A DNA stretch of 64,000 bases from Bdellovibrio sp. (GTDB lineage Bacteria > Bdellovibrionota > Bdellovibrionia > Bdellovibrionales > Bdellovibrionaceae), in contig JANYDD010000061.1 in the NCBI GenBank assembly GCA_025359945.1, positions 25,151 to 89,150 of the forward strand. Direction: 5' to 3'. Below are positions 47,137-56,805 of this stretch, piece after piece. The translations under genes were made by a program, and so were the position numbers. The notes under the pieces are model-generated. The model searched no databases, was not told where the DNA came from, and saw only the letters and a program-made list of their open reading frames with translations. Positions within the stretch are counted from its first letter, which is position 1. Every line of letters starts with the position of its first letter.

Positions 47137-48525
47137 ATGTTTCGAGAAGTTTCTGAACTAAAAGATAAAAAAATCTTAATCGTAGGGCTAGGTAAAACTG
47201 GAGTTTCGTTGGCGCATTTTTTGACTGGTGTGGGCGCGGAAGTGACCATCACCGATCACAAATCCAAGCCCGAACTTTCGGCTCAGCTTGAGATCATAGG
47301 TGATTTACCAGTAAAGTACGACTTGGGTGGACATAGCCCCAAAACTTTTTTGCAGCAGGATTTAATTATTTTAAGCCCGGGGATAAATCCTCATCTGAAA
47401 ATTTTTGATTATGCAAGATCTCAAGGAATTAAAATTACTGGCGAGTTTGAATTTGCCGTTCAGTTTGTGAAAGAGCCCATCATCGCGGTGACTGGTACCA
47501 ACGGTAAGACCTCGGCTGGCCGCTTGATGGAAGAAATGTTTAAAGAAAGCGGCATCGACTGCTGGTTGGGGGGCTCGATCGGGGCGCCGATGACCGAATA
47601 CCTTCGATTGCCGAAAAAAGCCAAAGTGGTGATCGCTGAAGTTTCTGCGTTTATGTTGGATTTGGTCGAAACTTTTGCTCCGCAAAATATCGTCTTTATG
47701 AATTTGGCCGAGTCGCATTTGGATCGATATAAAAGCATGGAAGATTATGTCAACGCGAAACGAAAAGTTTTTAAGAATGTCGACCAAGCGACAACTTCAA
47801 TTTTAAATGCCGACGACAACGCGGTTGTCGAATTGGCGCGGGACCCGGCAGTTCAACGTGGTCGAATTTTTTATTTTTCTAGAAAAGCGGCATTGGAACC
47901 TCAGATTATGAATATTGGCGGCGCGGTCAATATCGGCGAAGAAATTAAAGTCAGAACTGGTCCAGAAATCGAAACTTACAGCATTAAAAATTTAAAAATG
48001 TTGGGTCGTCATTCAATTGAAAACCTAATGGCTGCGATTTTAGCTACTCGGGAACACGGGGCTACTCGCGAAGCCGTACAAAAAGTGATCGAGAATTTTA
48101 AGGGTCTAAGTCACCGCCTTGAGTACGTGCGAAAGGTGGGCGGGGTTTTGTTTTACAATGACTCGAAGGCGACAAATGTTCACGCCGTTTTCAGAGCCTT
48201 GGATGCCTTTGAAGAAAATGTTATTTTGATAGCCGGTGGAAAAGATGTGGGCGGAAATTTCGAACCCCTTCGCAATTTAATTCGTCGCAAGGTGAAGTCC
48301 CTGTTTTTGATCGGAGAATCTAAAGAGAAAATCAATCGCGATATAGGGGATTTTAGCGAAACCTTCTTAATGGGGACTTTTGAAGAAGCCGTTTTTATAG
48401 CGTACCAAAAGTCTAGGATCGGTGACATCGTTTTGCTTTCGCCGGGATGTCCAAGTTTTGATATGTTTGACTCTTACGAAGAGCGGGGAGACTATTTTAA
48501 AGAGATCATTAGAAAATTTAAGTAA
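47137..48525 (+). CDS. murD: UDP-MurNAc-L-Ala:D-Glu ligase MurD
   Basis: N-terminal Rossmann GLGKTGVS and P-loop VTGTNGKTS. Confidence 0.92.
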   Translation: MFREVSELKDKKILIVGLGKTGVSLAHFLTGVGAEVTITDHKSKPELSAQLEIIGDLPVKYDLGGHSPKTFLQQDLIILSPGINPHLKIFDYARSQGIKITGEFEFAVQFVKEPIIAVTGTNGKTSAGRLMEEMFKESGIDCWLGGSIGAPMTEYLRLPKKAKVVIAEVSAFMLDLVETFAPQNIVFMNLAESHLDRYKSMEDYVNAKRKVFKNVDQATTSILNADDNAVVELARDPAVQRGRIFYFSRKAALEPQIMNIGGAVNIGEEIKVRTGPEIETYSIKNLKMLGRHSIENLMAAILATREHGATREAVQKVIENFKGLSHRLEYVRKVGGVLFYNDSKATNVHAVFRALDAFEENVILIAGGKDVGGNFEPLRNLIRRKVKSLFLIGESKEKINRDIGDFSETFLMGTFEEAVFIAYQKSRIGDIVLLSPGCPSFDMFDSYEERGDYFKEIIRKFK

Positions 48526-48635
48526 GTTCTTCTTTTTGTAAAAGTCTGCTTACGTTTTAATTTTTTAAACCCTCAAAAAAATTATTTGCGAGCCTTAAAA
48601 AAAACCATTCAAAAAACCATTCAAGGAGGAATGAG

Positions 48636-48998
48636 ATGTTTTCTAGATCCGCGGCACTGAAACTTTTTGTAGCAGCCCTAGGGCTTTCTTTTTTTACCGG
48701 ATGTTTATCCGCTAAATTCAAACAGAGAAAAGAGCAACGTGAAAAAGTCGCTCAAGCTTCACGCCTTTATTGCGAATTCGTCAATGGCGATTTGTATCCG
48801 GACACCGATGTCCAGCTTAATTTTGAAATGGCAAAAAGGTGTGATTCAACTTTACCTTTTTCAATCACGCAGTATCGAACTTCTTCTGACAATTCTGGAA
48901 TCGTCTATTGCTGCGGAATAAACCCAGCTAAGGCATTTGCGGCGAACAAGGAAGAAGAAAAAGAGAAGGATTCCAAAGAGACCGCTCCGAAGAAGTAA
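48636..48998 (+). CDS. Small lipoprotein embedded in the dcw operon (120 aa)
   Basis: RBS AGGAGG. Signal peptide plus lipobox FFTGCLS. It has four further Cys and a Lys/Glu-rich tail. Its stop overlaps the ftsW start (TAATG). Confidence 0.6.
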   Translation: MFSRSAALKLFVAALGLSFFTGCLSAKFKQRKEQREKVAQASRLYCEFVNGDLYPDTDVQLNFEMAKRCDSTLPFSITQYRTSSDNSGIVYCCGINPAKAFAANKEEEKEKDSKETAPKK

Positions 48999-50107
48999 TG
49001 AAAGCTCAGGTTTTTGCTAGCCCATTATTCTTGGCGATTCTAACTTTGCTGGGATTTGGGCTGATCCAAGTTTATTCTTCAAGTTTTGTACTGGGGATCG
49101 AAAGCTTTGAGCAACCGCATTTTTTTTTCTATCGGCAACTTATGTTCGCGGGCGTTGGCTTAGGCCTTTTGCTATTCGTCCTGCAAATTCCTTTTTCTTG
49201 GATCAAGAACTGGAGCTTTATTTTTTTTCTAGCCGCTTTGATAAGTTTGGCAGCAACCCTGATCCCGGGGGTTGGACTGAAAGTCGGCGGAGCCACCCGA
49301 TGGATTCCAATCACCAACAGTTTTCGTTTTGAGCCTTCGGAGTTTTTAAAACTAGGATTTGTTCTTTTTTTAGCTGCGCTTTTTTTGCCTCAAGGTAGCA
49401 TTCCAAAACGCATGCCGTGGTTTGTGACCGCGGCACTATTAATTTCTATGTTCGCACTTCTTTATCATCAGCCAGATTTTGGAACTTTTAGTCTGCTTCT
49501 TTTGCTTTCAATTTGTTTTTTATTTGTGGTGGGCCTGAAGAAGCGGGTTTTTTTGACCTCGTTTATTTTTTTGATTCCGGCGTTTTATTTTTTACTCATG
49601 AGCGAGAACTATCGGCGGACTAGGGTTCTGGCGTTTTTAGACCCATGGTCCGAAGCCGAGAAAAGTGGATTTCAAGTCATTCAGTCGATGCTTAGTTTTT
49701 CTTCGGGAGGACTTTTTGGCAGCGGCATTGGACAAAGTCAGGGAAAGCTTTTCTTTTTACCAGAAGCCCACACCGATTTTACACTGGCGATTTTTGGCGA
49801 GGAATTTGGTTGGGTGGGATTTGTGGTTTTGATGTGCCTGTATGGAATTATTATTTTCCAAGGATTTCGAATTGCGTTAAAGTCAAAAGATCCATTTAAA
49901 AAAAATTTAAGCCTTGGAATATCAATTTTATTTGCCCTGCAGGTTTTTACCAATTGTGGTGTTGTTTTAGGAATGCTTCCAACGAAAGGCTTGACGTTAC
50001 CCTTTTTAAGTTACGGGGGAAGTTCGCTGATTACACTTTGTGTGATGATGGCGCTGCTGCTAAAAATTCAAATCGAAGAGAACAATGAATCAAAAGCAAT
50101 CGTTTAA
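48998..50107 (+). CDS. ftsW: Peptidoglycan glycosyltransferase FtsW (SEDS family)
   Basis: Polytopic SEDS protein with LPEAHTDFTLAIFGEEFG and PTKGLTLPFLSYGGSS. Confidence 0.9.
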   Translation: MKAQVFASPLFLAILTLLGFGLIQVYSSSFVLGIESFEQPHFFFYRQLMFAGVGLGLLLFVLQIPFSWIKNWSFIFFLAALISLAATLIPGVGLKVGGATRWIPITNSFRFEPSEFLKLGFVLFLAALFLPQGSIPKRMPWFVTAALLISMFALLYHQPDFGTFSLLLLLSICFLFVVGLKKRVFLTSFIFLIPAFYFLLMSENYRRTRVLAFLDPWSEAEKSGFQVIQSMLSFSSGGLFGSGIGQSQGKLFFLPEAHTDFTLAIFGEEFGWVGFVVLMCLYGIIIFQGFRIALKSKDPFKKNLSLGISILFALQVFTNCGVVLGMLPTKGLTLPFLSYGGSSLITLCVMMALLLKIQIEENNESKAIV

Positions 50108-51200
50108 CATCATTTTGGCCGGTGGAGGCACTGGCGGTCATATTTATCCGGCGCTAGCGATTGCTCAGGAAATAAAAAAAAAGAATCCGCAAGCCGGCAT
50201 TGTGTTCGTGGGTTCTGTGTATGGTTTGGAATCCCAGATTTTACCCAGATATTCATTTCCATTACGACTGATTTCGGTCGGGCCATTAAACTTTAAAGGT
50301 CGGTGGCTGGAAAAATTAAAGACGTTGCTAAAAATGCCCGAAGCTTTTTTCCATTCGGTCAAGATCTTGAATCAAGAAAAACCAGATTATGTTTTAGGGA
50401 TGGGCGGATATGCTTCGGGGCCGATGGTTTTAGTAGCTGCTTTTATGGGTTATCCTTGCGGGCTTTGGGAACCCAATGCATTCCCCGGATTGGCTAATCG
50501 TATTTTAGGATATTTTGTTAAAGAATGTTTTTTAGTTTTTCAAGAATCAGAGAGTTTTTTTTCGCCTTCGCAAGTGCATCGGTTGGGTGTTCCTTTACGC
50601 GACGAGATCGTCAAGCGGGCGTCGCTAGAGCGAATTAAATTTCGCGCAAGCGATCGTAAACTTCACATTTTTTGTTTTGGAGGAAGTCAGGGTTCAAGGG
50701 TGATTAACCAGACTCTTTTTAAAATGCTTCAATTAAAACCTGACTTTTGGCGGCAGCGAATTCAGGTCGTGCATCAAATAGGCCCTACTGATTATCAATT
50801 GATGAAGAATCAATATCAGGGTTTTGATGATTTTGTTGAGATCCACGAATTTATTTCGGACATGCCCAAATATTACGAGTGGGCGGACGTTGCGATTTGC
50901 CGGGGTGGGGCTTCGACCCTGGCCGAGTTGTCAGCGTTTCAGGTCCCGCCAATTGTGATTCCTCTTCCAGCGGCAGATGGACATCAAGAAAAAAACGCTC
51001 AAAGTTTTGTGGATCATCAAGTGGGTGAAATGATTTTGCAAAAAAACCTAAGTCCTGAAGCCCTTGAAATAAAAATTTCGCAGTGGATGAATTCCCCTTC
51101 TTTGCACGATAGTATGGCGTCTAAGTTAAAAGGTTTTTTAAAGCTTCGAGCCGCGGAAGATATTGCCGATTTCTTATTGGAAAAATATCAAAAAAGATAA
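50085..51200 (+). CDS. murG: UDP-GlcNAc:lipid I GlcNAc transferase MurG
   Basis: GGGTGGHIYPALA and CRGGASTLAEL motifs. Confidence 0.92.
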   Translation: MNQKQSFNIILAGGGTGGHIYPALAIAQEIKKKNPQAGIVFVGSVYGLESQILPRYSFPLRLISVGPLNFKGRWLEKLKTLLKMPEAFFHSVKILNQEKPDYVLGMGGYASGPMVLVAAFMGYPCGLWEPNAFPGLANRILGYFVKECFLVFQESESFFSPSQVHRLGVPLRDEIVKRASLERIKFRASDRKLHIFCFGGSQGSRVINQTLFKMLQLKPDFWRQRIQVVHQIGPTDYQLMKNQYQGFDDFVEIHEFISDMPKYYEWADVAICRGGASTLAELSAFQVPPIVIPLPAADGHQEKNAQSFVDHQVGEMILQKNLSPEALEIKISQWMNSPSLHDSMASKLKGFLKLRAAEDIADFLLEKYQKR

Positions 51201-52153
51201 ACCCAATCAGCAATGGAACCATCGGTTGGATCGTCCAAAATTTCAGACTGAATTTCGGATGCGGTTCGATCTTGAATCGGAATAAACACCAGCGTGTGGA
51301 CGGGATGGGTCGTTCGATTTCTAAGGCGATCCGGAAATCCACCGCCATAATTCACGTGAAAAACGCCTGTTAACACAACCAAAACTTGGTCGGAAAACGC
51401 CGAGATAAATTCGCTAGCTTTCCAAGCCATGGTGTCATCCCAAACGCTTTGAGCTTGAAAACTCATTTCCATTTCAGCCGGGGTTTTTGGGCCGTGAGCC
51501 TCGGGTGGCAGCGAAGACATCGCGTTTTGAAATCTGGAAAAATAACTGGCTCGACCAATCTGGAACTGCGGCGGCAAAAGGTCGTTTTCTTCAGGGGTTA
51601 AAGAAACAAGAGATTGTTTGCCAACTTTTCTAATAAGTGCATTCGGAGCGTTCAAAGCAACTAAATAATCATTTGGAAATGGGAACTGCAGCTGAGGTTT
51701 ATACAACGCAAACCCCTTATCGTCTTTCCATCCCAGCAAACTCAAAAGTTGCGCGTCATCAATCAGTTTGTTTTTCCAATCGTCTAAAATTTTTTGTTGA
51801 GTGTAATCGATAAACTCCCAACCGACGCTGACTTTCAAATACAAATTGTGAAGCTCTTTAAGAATTTCTAGTTGAGCCGACTGAACTTCTTTCTGAAAAT
51901 GGATCTCGCCCAAAAGAACTATATCACCGGGCTTAACGTTTGCGGCCAAGTCGGCGATAGGAACGGGGTTTTTCAGATCGGAAGGGCGATACAAACCCGG
52001 CAGTTGCAAAATTTTTTGAGCCCGTGCCACAGGCGCTAGAAAAAAAAATCCTGCCATGACCAATACGTTGCTGAAGAGAAAACTGAAGTAACTGCTTAGG
52101 CAACTAGTTAAGCAACTACCGATGAGACAACTACCAACAAAAAACTTCTTCAT
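51188..52153 (-). CDS. Exported hypothetical protein, possibly ChaN/Tiki-like
   Basis: Hydrophobic N-terminus. LLGEIHFQKEVQSAQLEILKEL resembles the ChaN-family GE-H motif, but the resemblance is weak. Its 3' end overlaps the murG 3' end convergently. Confidence 0.4.
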   Translation of the reverse strand: MKKFFVGSCLIGSCLTSCLSSYFSFLFSNVLVMAGFFFLAPVARAQKILQLPGLYRPSDLKNPVPIADLAANVKPGDIVLLGEIHFQKEVQSAQLEILKELHNLYLKVSVGWEFIDYTQQKILDDWKNKLIDDAQLLSLLGWKDDKGFALYKPQLQFPFPNDYLVALNAPNALIRKVGKQSLVSLTPEENDLLPPQFQIGRASYFSRFQNAMSSLPPEAHGPKTPAEMEMSFQAQSVWDDTMAWKASEFISAFSDQVLVVLTGVFHVNYGGGFPDRLRNRTTHPVHTLVFIPIQDRTASEIQSEILDDPTDGSIADWVYLF

Positions 52154-52265
52154 AGTTTCCTTACTCGATTTTAAACTTAAAACCTTTTATTGATCCCAAA
52201 TGGCGTTCGCGTTAATCTTGAAAATCCTTTTTAAAGCGTAGTTCTAAGTTAGAAGCGAAGGCAAG

Positions 52266-53651
52266 ATGCGGGATTTAAAAAATTGTAAAGTTCATTTTGT
52301 GGGTGTAGGAGGCATAGGAATGTGCGGCCTAGCCGAGATTTTTTTAAATCTTGGGGCCCAGGTCTCGGGCAGTGATTTATCTGAAAATAGCAACACTCTT
52401 CGCCTTAAAAAATTGGGCGCTGTGGTTTTCAAAGGTCACCACGAAGATAATCTAAAGGCCTGTGACGTGTTAGTTTATTCAAGTGCTGTGCCTTTGGAAA
52501 ATCCCGAAATTCAAAAAGCATTGGCGCAAAAAACACCGTTGATCTCGCGAGCCGAAGCTTTGGCTGAATTGATGCGCCTGAAACGAGGCGTCGCCATTGC
52601 AGGATCTCATGGAAAGACCACGACCACATCGTTGGTGGCTTCAATTTTTATTCAAGCCGGTTTAGATCCCACGGTTTCATTGGGGGGGCGATTGGATGTG
52701 ATACAGTCGACTGCAGTTTTAGGTCGGGGAGAATGGGTGGTCGCCGAGGCCGATGAAAGTGACGGAAGTTTTGTAAAGTTAACTCCGGAATTAGGGATCG
52801 TGACCAATATTGATAATGATCACTTGGACTATTTTAAAACGTTTGAAAACTTGCAAAAATCCTTTTTAGCTTTTTCTGATCGAATTCCTTTTTATGGTTC
52901 ATTAGTCGTCTGGGGAGATGATCCCGAAATGCGAGAAGTTTTTAAGAACTATCACAAAAAGATTTTATTTTACGGTTTGCACGACGAAAATGATTTTCAA
53001 ATTCAAGGATCTTCAGGCTTTTATCAGATTTTTAAAAATCACCGAAATCAAAAAAACTTTTTAGGAGATCTGAATTTACCTTTACCTGGGATTCACAACG
53101 CCCTCAACGCTTTGGCAGCGGTCACTTTATCACTGCAAGCGGGAATATCTTTTCAAGATATCAAGGGCGGTATTGAAAAATTCAAAGGAGTGGATCGCCG
53201 ATTTCAACGTATTGGTCAAGCGGCAGGCGTCCAGGTTTACGATGATTATGGCCATCACCCCACAGAAATTCGAGCTACATTGGCTGCGTTTAACGAAAAA
53301 TTTCCGAAAGAAAAGCTGGTGGTATTGTTTCAACCGCACCGTTACTCGCGAACTCAAAGCTGTTGGAATGATTTTTTGACGGCTTTTCAATTGGCTGATG
53401 TCGTTTACATTACCGATATTTATCCGGCTAGCGAACTACCACTGCCAAATATAAACTCTCAGAAATTAGTCCAAGCGCTGAATCATTCCAATGCTAAATT
53501 CATATCAAAAGATCAAGACCGAGTTAAATTTTTTGTCGATGCTCTTCAACCAAATTCAGTGTTTTTGACCTTGGGTGCGGGTGATGTCACCCGACTTTCG
53601 TCAGCGATCTTGACTGGACTTAAGGCTAAAGAACTGTCGTTACCTCTTTAG
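52266..53651 (+). CDS. murC: UDP-N-acetylmuramate:L-alanine ligase MurC
   Basis: HFVGVGGIGMCGLA Rossmann and GSHGKTTTTS P-loop. Confidence 0.93.
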   Translation: MRDLKNCKVHFVGVGGIGMCGLAEIFLNLGAQVSGSDLSENSNTLRLKKLGAVVFKGHHEDNLKACDVLVYSSAVPLENPEIQKALAQKTPLISRAEALAELMRLKRGVAIAGSHGKTTTTSLVASIFIQAGLDPTVSLGGRLDVIQSTAVLGRGEWVVAEADESDGSFVKLTPELGIVTNIDNDHLDYFKTFENLQKSFLAFSDRIPFYGSLVVWGDDPEMREVFKNYHKKILFYGLHDENDFQIQGSSGFYQIFKNHRNQKNFLGDLNLPLPGIHNALNALAAVTLSLQAGISFQDIKGGIEKFKGVDRRFQRIGQAAGVQVYDDYGHHPTEIRATLAAFNEKFPKEKLVVLFQPHRYSRTQSCWNDFLTAFQLADVVYITDIYPASELPLPNINSQKLVQALNHSNAKFISKDQDRVKFFVDALQPNSVFLTLGAGDVTRLSSAILTGLKAKELSLPL

Positions 53652-53681
53652 AATTTTTATTTAAATTCCGATTCTTAAATA

Positions 53682-54224
53682 ATGAAAAATCTGTCGGCAT
53701 TTTTGTACTTTGTGAGTTTGATAGCCGTTATGGTTTCCTGTGCGACTAAAAATTCACTACAGTCTGAAGCGATTTTGCCGGTAACCCGTAAACCTTTCCA
53801 GCTTCGAACTGTGACCCTAAATCAAACTGGTCCGGAAAAAGTAAAGCATATCTTCCGACAGCGAGATTCTCTGTGGTTTTTAAGCCAAATTTACTACGGA
53901 AAAGGCGATCACTTTCAGGAACTCATGAGTGCCAACGAAATCGCCGACCCTCGCCAGATTGAAGTCGGTACTGAAATTGAAATTCCCAATCCTAAATTCC
54001 ATCCCGAGCAAAGCGAATTCCAAGAGCGCCTTGCAAAAATTAGCCGTGACCGTGATTCGCAACTGGCCGCACGGGTCGATTCACGAAAGCGTCGGGCTGT
54101 GGCGTCTGGGGTGGCGTCTGGGGTGCCAGCAGTGAAAAAGCTTCCCGAAGTCTCGGTGCCCGCAACTTTGATTGAAATCCCGGATTATTTCACCACGCCC
54201 GCATCCTTTTTTCTTCCGCGCTAA
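53682..54224 (+). CDS. LysM-domain lipoprotein-like protein
   Basis: Signal peptide with VMVSCAT. LysM-like segment HIFRQRDSLWFLSQIYYGKGDHFQELMSANEIADPRQIEVGTEIEIP. Confidence 0.7.
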   Translation: MKNLSAFLYFVSLIAVMVSCATKNSLQSEAILPVTRKPFQLRTVTLNQTGPEKVKHIFRQRDSLWFLSQIYYGKGDHFQELMSANEIADPRQIEVGTEIEIPNPKFHPEQSEFQERLAKISRDRDSQLAARVDSRKRRAVASGVASGVPAVKKLPEVSVPATLIEIPDYFTTPASFFLPR

Positions 54225-54682
54225 GTGCCCGATGATTGAATTAAAAATCTGGAAAACTCTTTCCGAATATTTTCTGGGATTGGTTTTTTCTTCAAGGTTT
54301 TGGGGTCAGCAAAAACGTGCACCATTTTGACTTCAGCCAATAATTTATTTTTACAGAAAAACGCGTAAACCATTTGAAAAGAAGATTCCTGAATTAGCGA
54401 CACTTGAATTTGTACGGTCAAAGCAGCACCCGGAAAGAATGGGGAGTAAAAATCGGCTTCGGCCCGTCGAATGGGAACTAGATCGGGGCTTTCTTTAAAC
54501 CAATAGCTCCAACCGATTTTAGTTTCTGTAATAAACGCCTCAAAGGCTTTGTGGGCATAATCAAAAACCCGCGCGAAATACAGAATCCCGGCGGGATCAC
54601 AGTCTCCAAAGGCCACTTGGGTTTCCCAAATGAGGGGGCGGGGTTTAAAACTATTTTTTTTTGTGATCGAATTTTGAGTCAT
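54221..54682 (-). CDS. Hot-dog fold acyl-CoA thioesterase (4HBT/YbgC-like; possibly DHNA-CoA hydrolase)
   Basis: VAFGDCDPAGILYFARVFDY catalytic-region pattern and 153-aa length. It is divergent from the prenyl-synthase/MenA-like genes. Confidence 0.7.
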   Translation of the reverse strand: MTQNSITKKNSFKPRPLIWETQVAFGDCDPAGILYFARVFDYAHKAFEAFITETKIGWSYWFKESPDLVPIRRAEADFYSPFFPGAALTVQIQVSLIQESSFQMVYAFFCKNKLLAEVKMVHVFADPKTLKKKPIPENIRKEFSRFLIQSSGT

Positions 54683-54752
54683 CTTTAATTTTCCTTTGGT
54701 CCCTTGACAACATTGGCGTTACAGTTGCAGCTTGGCGATTTACTACTAATTT

Positions 54753-55697
54753 ATGTCATTAAAAATCTTTGATCCTCAAGACTTTCCTGCGTACCTGCCT
54801 AAGCTCAATCAATTGTACGATGATCTTTTTACGGGTGGTAAAGGTTTTCGGGCTAAATTAGTCAAAATGGTGTCAGGCCCCTTGGGATGCGCTCCAAAAA
54901 CAATGGATTTGCTGGGCCAAACCGTCGAGTTTATTCACAACGCTTCGCTTTTGCATGACGATTTGGTCGACCGATCTTTTTTGCGTCGGGGAAAGACGGC
55001 CGCTTGGAAAAAATTTTCGCCCGAGTACGCAGTGCTGGCTGGGGATTATCTTTTGGCTAGGGTGATGGTGAATCTTTCGCAATTTGGAAATATCCGCTTA
55101 GTTCAATACACGGCCCAAGTGATTTCCGATCTGCTGGAAGGTGAATGGTTGCAGGATTCGTTGGTTGGCGATTTTAATGTGGATCTTGGCCAGCTGGATC
55201 GAGTTCACAATTTAAAAACGGCCTCGCTCTTCAAGTGGTGCTTAAAGGCTCCGTTTATCGCGCAGGAAAATTATGATTTGGCCCTACATCAGTTGATCGA
55301 GGAAATGGGAACTTTGTTAGGCCAGCTTTTTCAGAGAAGCGATGACCTGTTGGATTTTAATGTACGCAACGACGAAGAAAAAGCGATCTTAGGAGATCTC
55401 AAGTCGGGATATTTGAATTCGTTCGCATGTTTTGCTACCCAAGGTTTGCCCAAAGAACCTTTTAGAAGTTGTCAGAACTTAGAAGATTTTTTTCGGGCAC
55501 TAGGCGGGCGATCTTATTTTGACGAAAAGCTTAAAGGCTTCGACGAAAAAAATACTTTTTTGATTCAAGTTTATCAGCACCATCTCAAAAACCTGAAAGA
55601 GTTATTGAAAGAATCTGAATTAGGGCTGGTCGAAGAATTAGGTCCCTTGACAGAAATTTTATATTGGCGGCGTAAACCAAAGTCCACGAGTTCTTAG
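54753..55697 (+). CDS. Polyprenyl diphosphate synthase (trans-IPPS)
   Basis: First DDxxD (LLHDDLVDRS) and second DDxxD (RSDDLLDF) motifs. Confidence 0.85.
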   Translation: MSLKIFDPQDFPAYLPKLNQLYDDLFTGGKGFRAKLVKMVSGPLGCAPKTMDLLGQTVEFIHNASLLHDDLVDRSFLRRGKTAAWKKFSPEYAVLAGDYLLARVMVNLSQFGNIRLVQYTAQVISDLLEGEWLQDSLVGDFNVDLGQLDRVHNLKTASLFKWCLKAPFIAQENYDLALHQLIEEMGTLLGQLFQRSDDLLDFNVRNDEEKAILGDLKSGYLNSFACFATQGLPKEPFRSCQNLEDFFRALGGRSYFDEKLKGFDEKNTFLIQVYQHHLKNLKELLKESELGLVEELGPLTEILYWRRKPKSTSS

Positions 55698-55698
55698 T

Positions 55699-56805
55699 TT
55701 GGCAAAGACATTGCTAACCCTATCAAAATCAGACCCACGTTTTCAGAAACATCTGACCGGAACCTTTTCAAAAACCGAACGTGCCCTTCCCGTGCAGTCA
55801 CTAAATATCAATCAGTCTTTCGAGACCGTCACTTTTGAAATTGTCGATCTGGTTAATATCAATAAACCAAATTTGATCAGTATTATTTTGGCTACATGGA
55901 AAATCCGCCATTTGATCGTTACATTTTTTCCAATCTTGATGATTCTTATCTCCTTGCAGTTGGCGGCAGAAAATTTTGACGGAATTTTGGCCTCTTTAAA
56001 TGTACTTGCGGTTTTTTTCTTAAGTATTTCCGTCAACCTTTACAATGATTACACCGATCATCTGGTGGGTTTGGATCGGGTGCATTCGGGTTCGGGCAGT
56101 CAGGCGATTCAAAAAGGTTGGGTCTCGGCACACCAAGTTCTATTTTGGTCGCAGTTTTTTTTGCTAACGGGTGTTTTGACTGGCTTGCCGGCACTGTTTG
56201 TTTTTCCTCATGTGCTTGTGTTGGTGGGTGGAACCTCTTTGGGACTGATCTTTATTTTTAGTTCTCGGGCGACAGGATTTAAATTTAGAATTGGCGCTGA
56301 AGCTGCCGGATTTCTTTTGCTGGGGCCATTATTAACTACAGGTTTTTCAGTCAGTCTGACAGGTGATTGGAGATGGTCTTTTTTATTTTTAGGAATTTTT
56401 AATGGTTTTCTTGCGGTGTTTTTTTTGCATTTGAAAAATTTTGAGATGCTTTTTATCAATCACCAAGCTCATTTAAAAAATACCATTTCCATATTGGGAT
56501 TTGAAAAAAGCAAAGATTTTCTTTTCGTGTGGTGGCTGGTGACCCTAGTGCTTTTCGTAGGTTTGCTGTTTGATTTCTTGCCCGAAATCCAGTCCGAAAG
56601 TTTTGTCGTTTTGATAGTAGGTCTTTCGATGGTTATCTTCTTTGCATTGAGAACCAGAAAAAAGTTGTTTCAACTTCAATCACCATTGGATTCTTACGTG
56701 GGCCATTTTGTAAAGTCGGCGCGCCAATCAAGTTTTTTTCTTCTCTTGTTTTTAGTGATTTTAGGATTGGGGCGACTGCTCGATCTTCTGGGCGTGCACC
56801 TTTGA
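55699..56805 (+). CDS. UbiA-family prenyltransferase (MenA-like)
   Basis: TTG start. Polytopic membrane protein with NLYNDYTDHLVGLDR (NDxxD...D motif). It has an N-terminal extension. Confidence 0.7.
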   Translation: MAKTLLTLSKSDPRFQKHLTGTFSKTERALPVQSLNINQSFETVTFEIVDLVNINKPNLISIILATWKIRHLIVTFFPILMILISLQLAAENFDGILASLNVLAVFFLSISVNLYNDYTDHLVGLDRVHSGSGSQAIQKGWVSAHQVLFWSQFFLLTGVLTGLPALFVFPHVLVLVGGTSLGLIFIFSSRATGFKFRIGAEAAGFLLLGPLLTTGFSVSLTGDWRWSFLFLGIFNGFLAVFFLHLKNFEMLFINHQAHLKNTISILGFEKSKDFLFVWWLVTLVLFVGLLFDFLPEIQSESFVVLIVGLSMVIFFALRTRKKLFQLQSPLDSYVGHFVKSARQSSFFLLLFLVILGLGRLLDLLGVHL

